In this document: piece after piece, positions 1 through 21,787 of the stretch
Layout of the letters: each line of letters begins with the position of its first letter
Numbering within the stretch: position 1 is the stretch's first letter
Assembly (NCBI GenBank): GCA_012295275.1
Contig: CM022667.1
Span: 9,238,001-9,302,000, forward strand
DNA from: Chrysomallon squamiferum
Taxonomy: Eukaryota; Animalia; Mollusca
DNA length: 64,000 bases
Direction: 5' to 3'
Notes under the pieces: generated by a model
Told to the model about the DNA's origin: nothing
The model's input: the letters and a program-made list of their open reading frames with translations, nothing else
Database searches by the model: none
Position numbers and translations under genes: made by a program

Positions 1-735
1 TTTTCTATTATTATTTTTTTTTTTTTTGTGATTATTATTATTTTATTGTTATTATTCTTGTTCTTGTTATTATTATCACATAATGTACAGTTACTCAGAT
101 AAACAGAATAGACTATGTATTAGAAATTATTGAATTTTGAAAATTTATTTAATGAAAATTAAACAAATAAAGATTTCTTCAAACTGTAGTTGTTGTTTTA
201 TTATTTCTTTGTTTTTGTTGTTATTGTATTTGTTGTTATTATCATGATTAGCATTAGCATGTTTTTGTTATTGTTATTATTGTTATTTAGATGATGTATT
301 TGAATTGCTGTTATAATATTAAAATATTTATGAATCGTTCTCTTTTGCCTCGAACAAAGAAATAGTACTTTGAGATATATTTAAAAATGGAACAGTTTTC
401 ATACTTTAACAATTATAAAAAAAAGTGTAACCTTTTTATATCTTTTCTATGAGACAAAATAATATATTTAAACTGTACAGTATATATTTACTTTATTTGT
501 CATGTTTTAACACCCAGGCTACAATGTTCACAGTTTTAATGCAAACTCGTTGAATCTCGTTTTACAAAAATGATGAGTGATATTTCGTGATTATTTGACC
601 TGTTTTTGTTCAAACATTCTATTTCTATTTGCATAACAAGTTTTCTTCCTTATTTTAAATATACCTAATCTAGAGACAGCTTGATTATATAATTTTATTA
701 AACAGTCTTTTTTGTAGTGTGGGCGAATGGGTGCC

Positions 736-807
736 AGTTCGTTCTTCAGTATTGTTTATGTTCAGAGTCTAATCAGATGCATGAAAGACAGAAGACAGTC
801 ATACCTA

Positions 808-810
<3 letters not shown>
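736..810 (+). mobile_element. More diverged 5'-truncated copy of the same SINE
   Basis: AGTTCGTTCTTCAGTATTGTTTATGTTCAGAGTCTAATCAGATGCA..AAGACAGA followed by a (CA)n run. Confidence 0.55.
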
Positions 811-881
<71 letters not shown>

Positions 882-1003
882 CACATGTATGTTTGTATGT
901 GTAATTGTGTTAACTACATCTCAACTACATCTATCTGTCTCTGTGTCTGTCTATCTATCAATCTTTTTATCTTTCTTTCTCTGTCTGTGTGTCTGTATGC
1001 CTG

Positions 1004-1056
<53 letters not shown>

Positions 1057-1085
1057 TCTATCTATTTATCTGTCTATCTATCTGG

Positions 1086-1165
<80 letters not shown>

Positions 1166-1525
1166 TTATCTGTCTATCTGTCTACATATAGGGTAAGGTG
1201 GGATAACTGTCCCGTCAACTTTTGACTGGCGAGTTGACTTTGAAGTATTTACAAGTGTTTTTAGACCAATCAGCTTCGTCTCAGCAGTATGAACGACTCT
1301 CTCCACGCTATTTACTCTGCTGTCAATGGTTACCAGTGTTCTTCTCATTCAGAAACGTGGTAAGAAGGTCTACGAGGTAGATGCAGAGGGGATTAGTGGG
1401 TTAACTTAATGCCGTTGTAATAGGACAATGTAAGACTAAAGAGTTCTGTCATCATAAAAATTAATAATAATAATAGAAAAAAAAAAAATAAAAATAAAAA
1501 TAACAAAAATAAAAATAAAAATAAA

Positions 1526-1635
<110 letters not shown>

Positions 1636-3377
1636 AATAAATAAATAAATAAATAAATAAATATAAAAATACAGAGAAAAGAATACAATATATTTCGTCA
1701 TTTCGTCCTTTTAGAAATTCTTGACGTTCTCCTGTTTCAGAAAACCGGAAAGTTACTTCCTCCTAATTTAGCGTGAGATCCGTGTGTTCGACTCTCTGTT
1801 GGTTTACCAGGTATTGTAAGTTTGCAGTCTTTGCCAAATAGATCAAACAAACAGAGCTAACCGAATTTAAATAATACTAGCTCTTAAACACTTTAAGAAA
1901 AAAATCCAAAAAAATCGTGTTCTCTTTGAAATAATTGTGTTTAAGTTAAACAGAAGAAAAAGTGCAAGAGAGACAGTTGAAAAAAAAAAAAAAAAAAAAT
2001 TAAATAAAATAAAAAAAAAAATAAAAAAACGTTGTCCGTTTGTTTTCTCAAATTCAAACAGTTTTCAGTTTCAAGATGTCAAGCAATTTGATAGCTTCCC
2101 ACGAGTAATGAACGTGTTTTCGCCTGATCGCACAAAAAGTTGCTCGCACAAAGAAACGACATAATGAAAACAGCTGTAGGAACTTTACCAAGAAGCCACA
2201 ATACACGAAAATCACGTAGTGAAAACACGAAAGTTTAATTTAAACAGGGTGTTGCTTAACAGCGCTTTTCTACAACTATTTATCTTGCCTTTGCCGACGC
2301 GTGGAATAACAATCAGACTGGCTACTTTAAAAGGGTGTGCGTTTTGCAAATTCATCTTTCAATATGATATTTAATCATGTATAAATCTGGCAAGCACACG
2401 ATAAAGAAAAAGAAAAAAAAAGAAAAAAAGAATAAAGAACATTTAAAAATATCTACTTTGTGAACGAATTTTTTTTTTTATATTACCTCCATAAGCGACG
2501 TAAAATTCGTTGACACTTGTGTGAATGTTTACATCGTGTGATGTCGCTGGTATAAGTGTAAATTTAGAAATAACTTGCAAATTGGACGACCAAACAATCT
2601 TACTGATAAACTCTTGCTTAGACAAATACACGTATTAACAGATATAGTACTTGTTAGTCAGACAGATAATTGATAAATGAAGGACAAATAGATATTATAC
2701 GCGCTAGCGAATTTAGTAGACTTAAGTCAGCTAGAAGGAAAATTAACAGTTGTACACATACACGTAGGAGCACATAAAAATACACACACACACAAACAAA
2801 TAATTATACATACATGTGCACAATAATAATAATAATAATAATAATAATAAACAACTAATAAAGGTAGTAGTACTTTTAGTTATAGTACAAGTAATAATAA
2901 CTGTAGTAGTAGTAACAGTTTTCGTAGTAGTAGTAGCTGTTGCTGTAGATGTATTGGTACAAGCTGTAGTAGCATGACAGTGACGATGAAGAAAAAAATT
3001 GGACAAGAAATCTCACAAACGAAGTTTTAGTTATAACGAGGAAAAGTAATGTTCTTAACGGAGTGTTTAGTTTTCCTCGTTGCATTGAAGACTGACAAAG
3101 CGCTGAAGAATCGTGAAATGTCCAGTTATTAAAAACACTGAAAACCACTGATCCTTCATCGGCCGCAATTACAAGTGTACACCAGGAAGACTCGTGCAGG
3201 ATAAACAGAACCGCCTGTTTCCACACGCAGATATTAAAACTACATCGTTTTCAGACTTGGTCCAGCGGGCGGATTTGCTTTTGTGTTTTTGCTGTCACGA
3301 TTAGGCGTTCACGACCGCGCATTGTGCGCGACAAAAGAACGAAGAGGTCTGAGGTTCGAGCAAACATGTCGCGCACG

Positions 3378-3385
3378 TATAAATA
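3378..3385 (+). promoter_or_regulatory. TATA box of protease homologue gene 1
   Basis: TATAAATA about 70 nt upstream of the ATG at 3454, in a CpG-containing stretch. Confidence 0.6.
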
Positions 3386-3453
3386 AAGGCATCGTCGCGC
3401 AGAACGAGTTAGCACGCAGAAAGACCTGAACGGAGAAGAGTTATTCTACGAAA

Positions 3454-4620
3454 ATGGATTCTACGAGCTTTATTCTCGTTGGCTTGCTCCTGCTTCAGAG
3501 CGCTCGCTCCGAGTTGATTGTTCCTACGTTTTGTGGTAAGATCCGATTTATTTTAAATTTTCACCCAAAGACGTTTTTTTATACGCAGCACAGCAGTAGC
3601 GTCATCATCTCTGTGCTTACAGTCATCACGTACTTGTTACTGGCGTCTGTTACCATGCTAAACCTATTTCTAATAGTCCAAGCCTAGCGAACGAAATCTC
3701 GCAGCGTCAGTACTCCGTTGTTCGTCTCTTGAAGTATTTCCCGTTCCAGCCAGAACCCTCGACTGGTTTGTTACAACGGGAGTATTTGTTTCCATGATCA
3801 CGGATTTAAAAGATTTCTTGCTGCTAATCGTTTAATATATTTCTTACTAGTGTTAATATTAATTTACTTTCGTTAATATTAATCTACTTTTATTCATATT
3901 GGACTACTATTACTTAGTCTAGTCTTCTATAACTACCATTCTGTTCTATTAACCTACTGTTTGTTAATACTAGTCTACTATTAAATCGTATTTGCCTTCT
4001 TCTACTAACGTTGCCATTAGTTCTTACTAAGTATGGAATCTAGTTGTATTGTATTGTATTGCATTATTACTACAACTCATATACATCATACACTGGAACA
4101 ATTTGCATTGGTACATACTTACAGAGGCACGTACTCAAACACACACAAACACAAACACAAACACATACACATACACATACATACATAGATACATACATAC
4201 GTACGTACATACATACATACATATACATACATACATACATATATACATACATACTTACATACATACACACATACATAGTGCGTTCCCGAATATTGTCTGT
4301 GTGCAGAGTCTAATCAGACGTACATAAATACAGATGTAATTCATACATATATATATATATTTTAACTGGTTATTTATTTTTATTTATTTATTTATTTTAT
4401 TATTATTTTGTTTTGTTTTTTCAGAAAAATGTAAGACTGACGTAAATGACCCTCTCTGTGTCTACTGCTGTAAAGTGAACATGTGTTGCGTGGCAGGTGA
4501 GATGTTTCTTCAGCTTACGTCAGCCTCCTGCTTCTCTCTCTCTCCACTACAAAATTTGTATTATTTGTACACGTACTGTTTTCTTTCTTTCTTTTTTTTT
4601 CTTTTTTAAATTATGGGTAT

Positions 4621-4670
<50 letters not shown>

Positions 4671-4865
4671 TGTGTGAATGAGAAGAAAAAAAAAAAAAAC
4701 TCAAAATAATAAAAGAAAGAAAGAAGAAAAGCATAAAGATGAAATTTCAATAAAATAATTATTTCGCGGTCAGTTATAAGGAGAAAAAGTCCCGAAAGAC
4801 TGACGATTAACGATTTTTCTTCAATAATCGTAAAGAAAAAAGGTATAATAATAATAATAATAATA

Positions 4866-4909
<44 letters not shown>

Positions 4910-5389
4910 CGTGTGTGTGTGTGTGTGTGTGTTTATAAACTAGTATAGAAAACACTTTCAATTCACAATTTCTTTTTTCTTTTTCAATCTGTCATTAATT
5001 TTGTTAAAAAGTATTGTAGTTTTATAATTATGTATGTAAGTGTATGTTTGTGTGTGAGCGCATGTGTGTGCGTGTGTGTGCGCATGTATGTATATATATA
5101 TATATATATATATATTATGTACGGGCGTATGGGTGTATGTATACATATCTGTGTTTGCACATACGCTTATATCCATGTGTATAGTAAATTTTGAGAGATT
5201 TTTATTCCTTTTTTTTTTTTTCTAAGGTTTTGCACAACCGAATTGCGCCGGCATCAACTGCGGGTGTCCAAACCCTCCCGATGTTACTACACCTCCGCCA
5301 ACAACACCTGAACCTACTACAACTACAACGACACCAGCACCTAGAGGTAAGCACAGTTTAGAGTTTTGAAATGTATTATCTTTCAGGTA

Positions 5390-5481
<92 letters not shown>

Positions 5482-5660
5482 TAATAAAATAATAATAAAA
5501 ATAATAACAACAACAACAATACAATAATAACAATACTAATAATAACAATAATAATAATAAATAATAATAATAATAACAACAATAATAATAAATAATAATA
5601 ATAAAATAATAATAATAATAACAACAACAACAATAATAATAAAATAACAACAACAACAGC

Positions 5661-5704
<44 letters not shown>

Positions 5705-6072
5705 TAATGGTCATGATCATGATAACAAAAACAACAACAATTTAAAAAACTGGAGCGAATTCCTGTCGCACTAAGTCACCTCAGTGACTCTGTTCTGAAT
5801 GTTGCAGATTGCAAGCTGCCACCTCCTTCTTCTCAACGTATTATGGGAGGAACCAGTGTCGCGATTTGTGAAAGACCCTGGATGGTCCATTTCATGGCTG
5901 ACATTGACCCCGACGAAATCCCGGCATGCTCTGGGGTGCTCATTAGTGACACAAAAATCCTGACGTCAAAAACATGCGCAGATAATTTGTACGTCCGATA
6001 ACACACACACACCCACACATACATACATACATACATGCATGCATACATACATACATACATACATACACCAAT

Positions 6073-6103
<31 letters not shown>

Positions 6104-6513
6104 TACATACATACATACATACACCCATACATACATACATACATACATACATACATACACACATACATATATACATACATACACACACACATACATACAT
6201 ACACACACACATACACACATACATACATACATACATACATACATGCATACGTATGTCAACGCATATGTAAAAAAACAACAACATTTAAACTATTACCAAT
6301 TAATGCATTATATTATATTATATTATATTATATTATATTAATTTAGTTATTAAGTTCTTTGTTTTAGTTTGACAAATATCTTCTGGGGGCCTAAAATGTT
6401 TGCGCGTTTTGCCGACAAAGAGAAATACTTGGAAACCCAGAGAAAAGTAACACCTGATGACGTCAAAGTCAGTGGTATGTCACGTGACTGTTACGTTAAT
6501 TATAATTTAATTT

Positions 6514-6601
<88 letters not shown>

Positions 6602-7005
6602 ACATAAATAAACAAACAACTCTCACAGTAAGGTATAGTTCAGGAATTACATTTTCAGTGAGGAGACAACGAGTCTGAACTTTGGTTTACTTTTGTTTTA
6701 CGCTTCGTTTGAACGAGCGTGCGCACGACTGTCGTTAGAACCGATACCTTTCTGTGCGTTTCGGGTATGTTTTCTTTTCTTGCTGTTTCTTTTTCAACGG
6801 CTAATATTTCGCATCGTTCAGGTAACATTGCCGTAGTGACAGTCGGGAAGGTCCCAGTGGATCAGGAGTTCTGTATTCGTCCTGTTTGCCTGCCTGACGA
6901 ATCCACCCTGTTAACCGAAGACGAAAATCAGATGTGCAAGACAGCTTCGTGGGGATTACCCGGTATGTAATAGTTCTTGTACTAGTGGAGACGGAGGTGA
7001 CACTG

Positions 7006-7055
<50 letters not shown>

Positions 7056-7137
7056 TGTAGTTGTTGTTGTTGTTGTGGTGATACTATCACTGCTACACTA
7101 TTACTGGTAGTGGTAGTAGTAGGAGTAGTAGTAGTAA

Positions 7138-7171
<34 letters not shown>

Positions 7172-8016
7172 TGTGGTGATATTACCACTGCTACACTATT
7201 ACTGGTAGTGATAGTAGTAGTAGTTGTAGTGGCAATAGCAATAATGATATTGACGATCAAAATAATAACAATATCAATAGCAGTAGTAATAATAATAATA
7301 ATGATGATGATGATCATATGACGATGATAACAATAATAATAAAGTTAAAGAATTTCTGGGTTTTTTTTTATTCAGTCAACAAAAAAGTAAAAATTATGTT
7401 AAAAGGTCTAGTCAATGATAACAATGACAACAACAGCAACAACAAAAAGTAGTAGTAGTAGTGGTAGCTGTTGTTGCTTTAGCAGCAGCAACAGCAGCAG
7501 CATCAACGGTAGTAGTAGCAATAGAAATAGTGGCAGTAATAATACAAAGATAATACTGGTAATACTGCGTTATGACCACCAGCCGGGTTTGATCCTAGAC
7601 AGGTCGGTACACCAGTCTCTCTCTCTGTCTGTCTGTCTGTCTGTCTGTCTGTCAGTCCATCACGTTTGTGTGTTTCTACAGATCCTTTCACGAAGCTGCA
7701 GGAAGCCGACGTGTCTCTGATGTCAGCCAGAACGTGTCGCGGAGTCCTCGCCATCCTGGCTGGCTTCAACTTGTTCAACATCACCCTGCCCGACGACGGC
7801 ATCTGTACTGACCCTACAGGGGCCACGTCGTCCACTTGCAACGTGAGTAAAGGCGCGCGCGCGCACGCACACCAAACGCGCACACAAAACGCGCACCCGT
7901 CTGATGAATGAGATATTGTTAACGAAATGTACGATGTACGAAAATGTCCTCATTCCGGCTAAATCTAATTTTTTTACCAGTCTGTCTGTCTGTCTATCAG
8001 TTTATCTATTTGTTTG

Positions 8017-8113
<97 letters not shown>

Positions 8114-8329
8114 ATGTCTGTTTGTTCGTTTATTCCTGTATCTGTACTAATTTTTCTATTTTTCTCAGATTGATGAAGGTGGAATGTTGTTGTGCAAGGA
8201 CCAGTCTAACCCAGACGCTGAGAACTGGGTGTTGGCGGGCGTCACCCATGGGACCCCTGCGACCCACGGGCACCTAACACGTTTATCAACGTAACGCAGA
8301 ACATGGAGTTCATTAAAGCGAACATGTAG
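3454..8329 (+). CDS. Secreted serine protease homologue (S1A trypsin fold, catalytically dead) with N-terminal Cys-rich module and Thr/Pro-rich linker; 8 exons, ~341 aa
   Basis: Exons 3454-3535, 4425-4496, 5227-5346, 5808-5988, 6368-6474, 6822-6962, 7682-7842, 8169-8329, all GT-AG and phase-compatible. Signal peptide MDSTSFILVGLLLLQSARS; activation motif R|IMGG; PWMV, CSGVLI, IRPVCLP, SWG, KLQEADV, WVLAGV. Triad positions read LTSKTC (His57->Thr), GNIAVV (Asp102->Asn), IDEGG (Ser195->Glu). One base is missing near 8244-8249; restoring it gives VTPWDPCDPRAPNTFINVTQNMEFIKANM*, whereas the sequence as read stops at 8292-8294. Confidence 0.88.
4277..4350 (+). mobile_element. 5'-truncated copy of the same SINE (intron 1 of gene 1)
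   Basis: AGTGCGTTCCCGAATATTGTCTGTGTGCAGAGTCTAATCAGACGTA closely matches the reverse complement of about 35975-36022. Confidence 0.7.
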
Positions 8330-9084
8330 TCTGTAACCAGAATGAGAATCGATGTCTACAATTTTTAATGTGTGTTCTTTTTTTTACTTGTTTGTGGACT
8401 GAATAGGGAAGCAATAAATAAAAATAATTTAAAAATACAAAAAGCATTTTGTTTTGTTCTTTGTTTTTTCTTTATAAAATCATTGCTGTTGTTTGTTATT
8501 TTGGTTTGTTTTGGGTTGTTGTTGTTTTTTGTTTTTTTTAGCAAAATTCCCCTCTGTTTATATCAATGAAAAAAAATATAAATTTAAAAAAAAATATATA
8601 TATATATAATTATAATAATAAATAAATAAATAAAATAAATAAATTGAAAAATAACCAGTTTATGTCCAGTGTCTGTACTAATATGGCGTTAGAGATGTTT
8701 ATTAGGTATCCTTCCCACATTTCAACCTGTTAAAACCTTTTTATTTTTTATAAACAGATATATATATATATATATATACTTGCATACATACATACATACA
8801 TACATACATACATACAGATGGACAGACAGAAAGATAAACGAATCAAACAAATACACAACAAAAATATTTACATAGGTAACTGTTTTATCTGAAAATAAAG
8901 AAAACAGCTGACAGTTTCACGTTGCTAGGTAACGAGTTTATTATAATGAGTAAGATCAGAGTAACGTAATGTTGTTTTATTTTTTAAAACCGTGCCAAAA
9001 GAGCGAACACTTCTGAACAGAACTGCGCATGTACAAAATATCTGATTGACAGGACCGGGGGCGTGGCTTTGAAGAGATTGACGT

Positions 9085-16204
<7,120 letters not shown>

Positions 16205-16256
16205 CTTGCGAATACCTTGCGGCTGGTTTGGGATACTCTGCGGAGAGTGTTTGGGG

Positions 16257-16264
16257 TTTATATA
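16257..16264 (-). promoter_or_regulatory. TATA box of protease homologue gene 2
   Basis: TATATAAA on the minus strand about 55 nt upstream of the ATG at 16204. Confidence 0.55.
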
Positions 16265-16474
16265 TCGGTTGAATATCGCGTTTTCGTCATCAGTCCATGA
16301 AAAGACAGATGGTCATTCAGAAGAAAAAAAAAAAAAAAAAAAAATCACGTTCTTCAGATGGCAACAGTATGTTTATTTAGGACAGTATATATATTAACTT
16401 AAAGTAAAATTAATATGAATAGTTATATTGTAGCGATATTACTGAAATAAAATTTTAATAGAAATAATTAATGA

Positions 16475-16521
<47 letters not shown>

Positions 16522-16704
16522 TCGTCAATATAATCTTTCTCATCTGGTTGTAAAAATAATAATTATTATTATGTTTTACGATGTTTTTCAATACTTTATG
16601 AGCTAGGAGGATCTTGTAAATGTTTGAAGAAATTAGAAATGATATCACATCTATCTATCAGTCTATTTTTATATGTGTCTGTCTGTCTGTCTGTCTGTCT
16701 GTAC

Positions 16705-16773
<69 letters not shown>

Positions 16774-16840
16774 ACACTTCCTTCTTAATTGATTCATTCA
16801 TATTTATCTTCTTTTTTAACAATAAAATGTGTTTATGTGT

Positions 16841-16879
<39 letters not shown>

Positions 16880-17456
16880 TTTAATTCATTTTACGTCTTT
16901 ATTATTCTTGTCACTTTGCGCACATTTTGTGCGGGGAAAAGATTTCTTTTGCGCCGCACGTGAAGAACATGTCGTCAGCACGTGCTGTCAACGAAAATAC
17001 AGTTATCTGTAACGGTTCCTGAAATTAACCGTAAGTCACGTGCACACGCTGTACGTGCGTCATCATAGAAACACGCACGCCTTGTTCTGAGCACGCATTT
17101 TTATTTACTGTTTGCTTCTCGCACCTGTTGTTTACTCTGTGAATCCTTCGCTTGTTTTCTGGCCACACAGACTTATTTTCCCTTCAACAAAGAAAAAGAA
17201 AAAAAGAAGAAGAAAGGAGACAATAGATAAAAATGTTTGGTTTCAACGGATTATTTTCTAGCTAGGTAAATTTGTTGGTGTTTTTTTTTTTTTTTTTTTT
17301 TTCGTTCTACCAAGAAAGGACACCAATAATGAAATTTAGGTTCCAAACGTTTAATTTTATGGTGCACTTACATTATTTAATAAGGAAAAGAAATAATTAA
17401 ACTATGCATAACGTCATATCTTAAATATCTTCGATTAAGTAATAGGTTTTTTTTGG

Positions 17457-17650
17457 TTTTTATTAAGTACGAGCTAGAGATCTTTTATTAAGTAACAGCT
17501 AGCAATCTTTTATTAAATAACAGCTAGCATCTTTTATTAAGTAACAGCTAGGAATCTTTTAAGTAACATCTATGAATTTTTTTTTTAGTAAAAGCTAGAA
17601 ATCTTTTAAGTAACATCTAGGGATCTTTTAAATAACAGTTAGGGATTTTT
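17457..17650. repeat. Degenerate ~24-bp minisatellite, about 8 copies
   Basis: Units resembling TTTTATTAAGTAACAGCTAGGAATC in tandem. Confidence 0.8.
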
Positions 17651-18727
17651 TTTCTACCTGTACCTTTCTCCTGATAGGAAAAATCAAACTTGTTCTGGTA
17701 CACTAGTCGTAGCGGGAAACAGGCGAAAAGAAGAGAATTTGTATTTGTGGTTCACTAACATTAACGTGCATTTGTAGATTATTAGCCTTAATTCTTTCAG
17801 CTCACAGGCAAACATTTCGTAAAAAAAAAAAAAAAAAAAAAAAAAAACCATCACATTCAAGTGAAGTACAGTATTTGAAGGACGGACAGTTACATAAAAT
17901 GCTGAAAACGAAAGTACAATTAATTTTAAAGAAACATTCCATTCTGAACACACAACGGGTATGCTAGTTTAAACTTTTGCTGTTTTTCTCCAGTAATATT
18001 TCTCGGAAATAATCTGCTTCATTCTGTTGGATAAAGGACGTTTCAAAATAAAGTGAGAATCATTTTCTGACACTGAATCGGTTTAAGTAAGATGATTAAA
18101 AATTAAAGCAGTTCACTTCACTGTGTGAAATCTCGACATTTTTTATTTAATTAAATCAGTTAAAATCAGTTATAACTTTGTTAAGAAAGAGTCAAATCGA
18201 CATTTAGGTGTTTACTGAAAACTATTAAATTTCGCAATTTCAGAGCAATGTAAACAATAATTACAGGATTCAGCGAACAACTTGCTTTATTGAATTGTAT
18301 CGTCTTAGCAGAAAAAAAGAAAAAGAAAAAAAAAAAAAAATTACATGGCGACACAGCAACACTAGATAATCTAATAAAACAAAATAATGAATTTTCTAGA
18401 CTGTTACATCTTATTAGTAGTAAGGTGACCATGCATGAAAACAGATTAGTTACTTGTTTGATGATTTACAATGTTATATCGTAAATGAAACTCCGAGACC
18501 TAAAATAGATTTTATTTGTACCGAAACAGAATTTCATAAATCTGCATGGTACAACATGTAGGAGAAGATGTCGAATGTTATAACATATAAATCTGTCTAG
18601 TTACGGGTTCGAAACTCGACATCGTCAATTAAATTATCATCAAAGAAGATACAGTTTTTATTTATTTATCTCTTTTTTTTTTTTTTTTTTTTTTAATATT
18701 CATTCCACATAATTTCTTTTTCTTCTT

Positions 18728-18758
<31 letters not shown>

Positions 18759-20120
18759 TTATTATTATTACTGTTATTATTACATTTTATTGTTAAGTAT
18801 TTATTTATTTAATTTTTTATTTATTTATTACTATTACCTTTTTAATTTTAGGAATATTTGTGATATAAATAAGCGACAAAGGGTGGATCAAAAAGGTTAA
18901 AAAAAAAAAAAAAAAAGTATTTATTTTCGTGTTTAATTTTTAAATATTTACATTTAGGGCGAAGCTGTTGAAAGTGTTATGCAATGTTTAACTAATATGA
19001 TGTTACAACCATCAATCTATGTAATGTTTCTTCACAGACGTAGTAGTAGTTGTTGTTATTCTTATCAACGCCATCGTCACTACAACTACGGCTAATATTA
19101 TTATCATTATTAGTAACACTAGTATTATTTACTACTACTACTACTACTGATGTTATTATTACTACCACTACCACTACCACCACCACTATTATTATTATTG
19201 TTGTTGTTGTTGTTGTATTTGTTGTTGTTATTATTATTATCCTTCTTGTTATTATTTATTTATTGTTGATACTATTTTATGCATTACATTTTATTATTTT
19301 ATTATTATTAGTAGTAGTAGTACTAGTAGTAGTATTTATTTATTTATTTATTTATACAGTACTCAACAAAACTATATCAGTTACCATTATCAACATCTTT
19401 ATTGTTCTGACAGTGGATGTCGTTATAACAACGTTGGAGATATAAAAATCAATAGCAGAAAGAAACGTGAACAGTGGACGCACCTATACGACAGATGTTT
19501 CGTGATCAAAACTTCAGACCAACGAAGAAAGCTGGCTTCAGCATTTGTCGTTAGTATAAAAACACGCCTTCACTTTCATCCCAACTAAAACACGTTTCAG
19601 AGACCTTTTCTTTTTTTTTCTTTTTTTTTTTTCTTAAAGTACGCACCCTCTGACCTGCCCAATGAGGAAACAAGGTTCAAGGATTACGACGGAAATGTGT
19701 CTGCAAGATTAAAACTAATTTTCTTTCGCTTCAGTATCTGTTTAGTATCGCAGACCATCCTGAAAATAACAAATCGCGCTTTGTAAGAAAGGAGACGAGA
19801 TTCGGGTCGTTAGGACTTTTTGTGTCAGTAGGCAGGTTAGACTAGCTTCTTTGTTCATTTCCCTTGTAATTTTATACCTGATGTTTAAAGCATCAACTCT
19901 TTACCTGACTTGAAGTGGGGGGAGGGGAGGGGTGTCCCGTCCAGGTTGAAAGGCTTTGTCGACTAGTTTGTCAGACACAGAGTAGTTTTAGGGCTCGTTA
20001 TTTAAGTACAAGGTCTGAACTGTGTGTGGGGATGTTCGGTCATTTCATGTTGATACCGAGAAATTGAAATACGTAGATAACAATAACAGTAATAATAAAA
20101 GATAATGATAAAATAATAAT

Positions 20121-20169
<49 letters not shown>

Positions 20170-20539
20170 GATAAAAAATAATAATAATAATAATAATAAG
20201 AAGAAGTATATAATAAGTATGTAATGTTTGGAATTTAAAACCCAGAATAAAGGAGAGTTTTGTAAATTAATTTAACTTATTTAGTTTCTCGTGTGTTTAT
20301 CTGTAGTTGCAGTACATGTAGACACAATTAGATTTGTTGTACGTATAATCGCACCCTTCAAAGTACATCATCAATTACGAGGTGTGCAGACGACATCGAC
20401 AATGACATGCGTCGTTGTCCCTTTAGAAATGATAAAAATAAATCAATATATTTCTCTGTCGTTGCTATGAGGACGACTTAATCCAGTTAGTTAGCATCAA
20501 CACAGACAGAAGACGCAATTCCTGTCTCATCAGTGGCGT

Positions 20540-20688
<149 letters not shown>

Positions 20689-20804
20689 ACCAGTTTATAT
20701 CATTTTTTTTCTCTCTCTCAAGATACCAATACAATTAAAAAAAAGAATATCATCAAATTACGATTTTTATTTTTATGTACGTTAATTATATTTTGATTCA
20801 CGTC

Positions 20805-20891
<87 letters not shown>

Positions 20892-21738
20892 ATTTTCAGT
20901 GTATATCACGCTTGCTGAGTTTCTATTTTTCCGCCACCTGTGACACGCGGCATATTTTAATATTTCACTGAAACGACGCACCCAGTGAAAAGTTAACCTA
21001 CAACATTCCTGTCCAGCGGACAGGCGGTCACGCCCACGGACACTGCGAGTGTACACAAATATAAATAAATACATTTTTAATCATTCCGGATTGTTTTCCT
21101 TATTACGCGTCATCACCATTTGATGTTTCAACGCGGTGACGTCATACCACTGTGTTATAATTCTGAGAAGCTTTAATTGGTCACCAAGCAATGGATTTTA
21201 TTTTAATCTCACGAGTTATCTCGCTTTGTTCATATTTCTTTCTCATTAAACTAAAAGCAATAACATACTGATATAAAAGGAAGACGTAGATTTAGCAATT
21301 ACTGTCTCATGTAGAATAATGCTGTCTGTTGTTTGTATTCGAAAATACTTGTTTTTGTGAATCCAAAGCGTACTCTCGTCATTATCATTTTGTATCCAAA
21401 ACATCGACTATTTCTAAACCAACACTGAATGCTGTTAAACAGTTTTTACTGCATCATCAACAACAACAGCTGATACTGCAGTTCTTTTACTACACTTAAA
21501 ATTACTACTACTTCTACTGCTACAGCTAATAGGTCTATTACTACTAATATTCGAATTCCTTTACTAAACTTAGTATTGTCACCAATATTACCATGAATAC
21601 GTGAATGGTTCGTACTACTATCATTACTGTTTCTAATAGTATACTACTATTATTATTACTACTATTCTTACTGCTGCTACTAATACTACTACTGATATTG
21701 CCAATACTATAACTAATGAAAAACTAACAAACAACAAC

Positions 21739-21787
<49 letters not shown>

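Noticed and set aside
1190-1400. Unique block with a 60-aa minus ORF and a GGGTAAGGTGGGATAACTGTCCC end resembling a DNA-transposon terminus
   Set aside because: No matching inverted terminus found, no recognisable protein motif and no convincing splice pair; cannot be supported.
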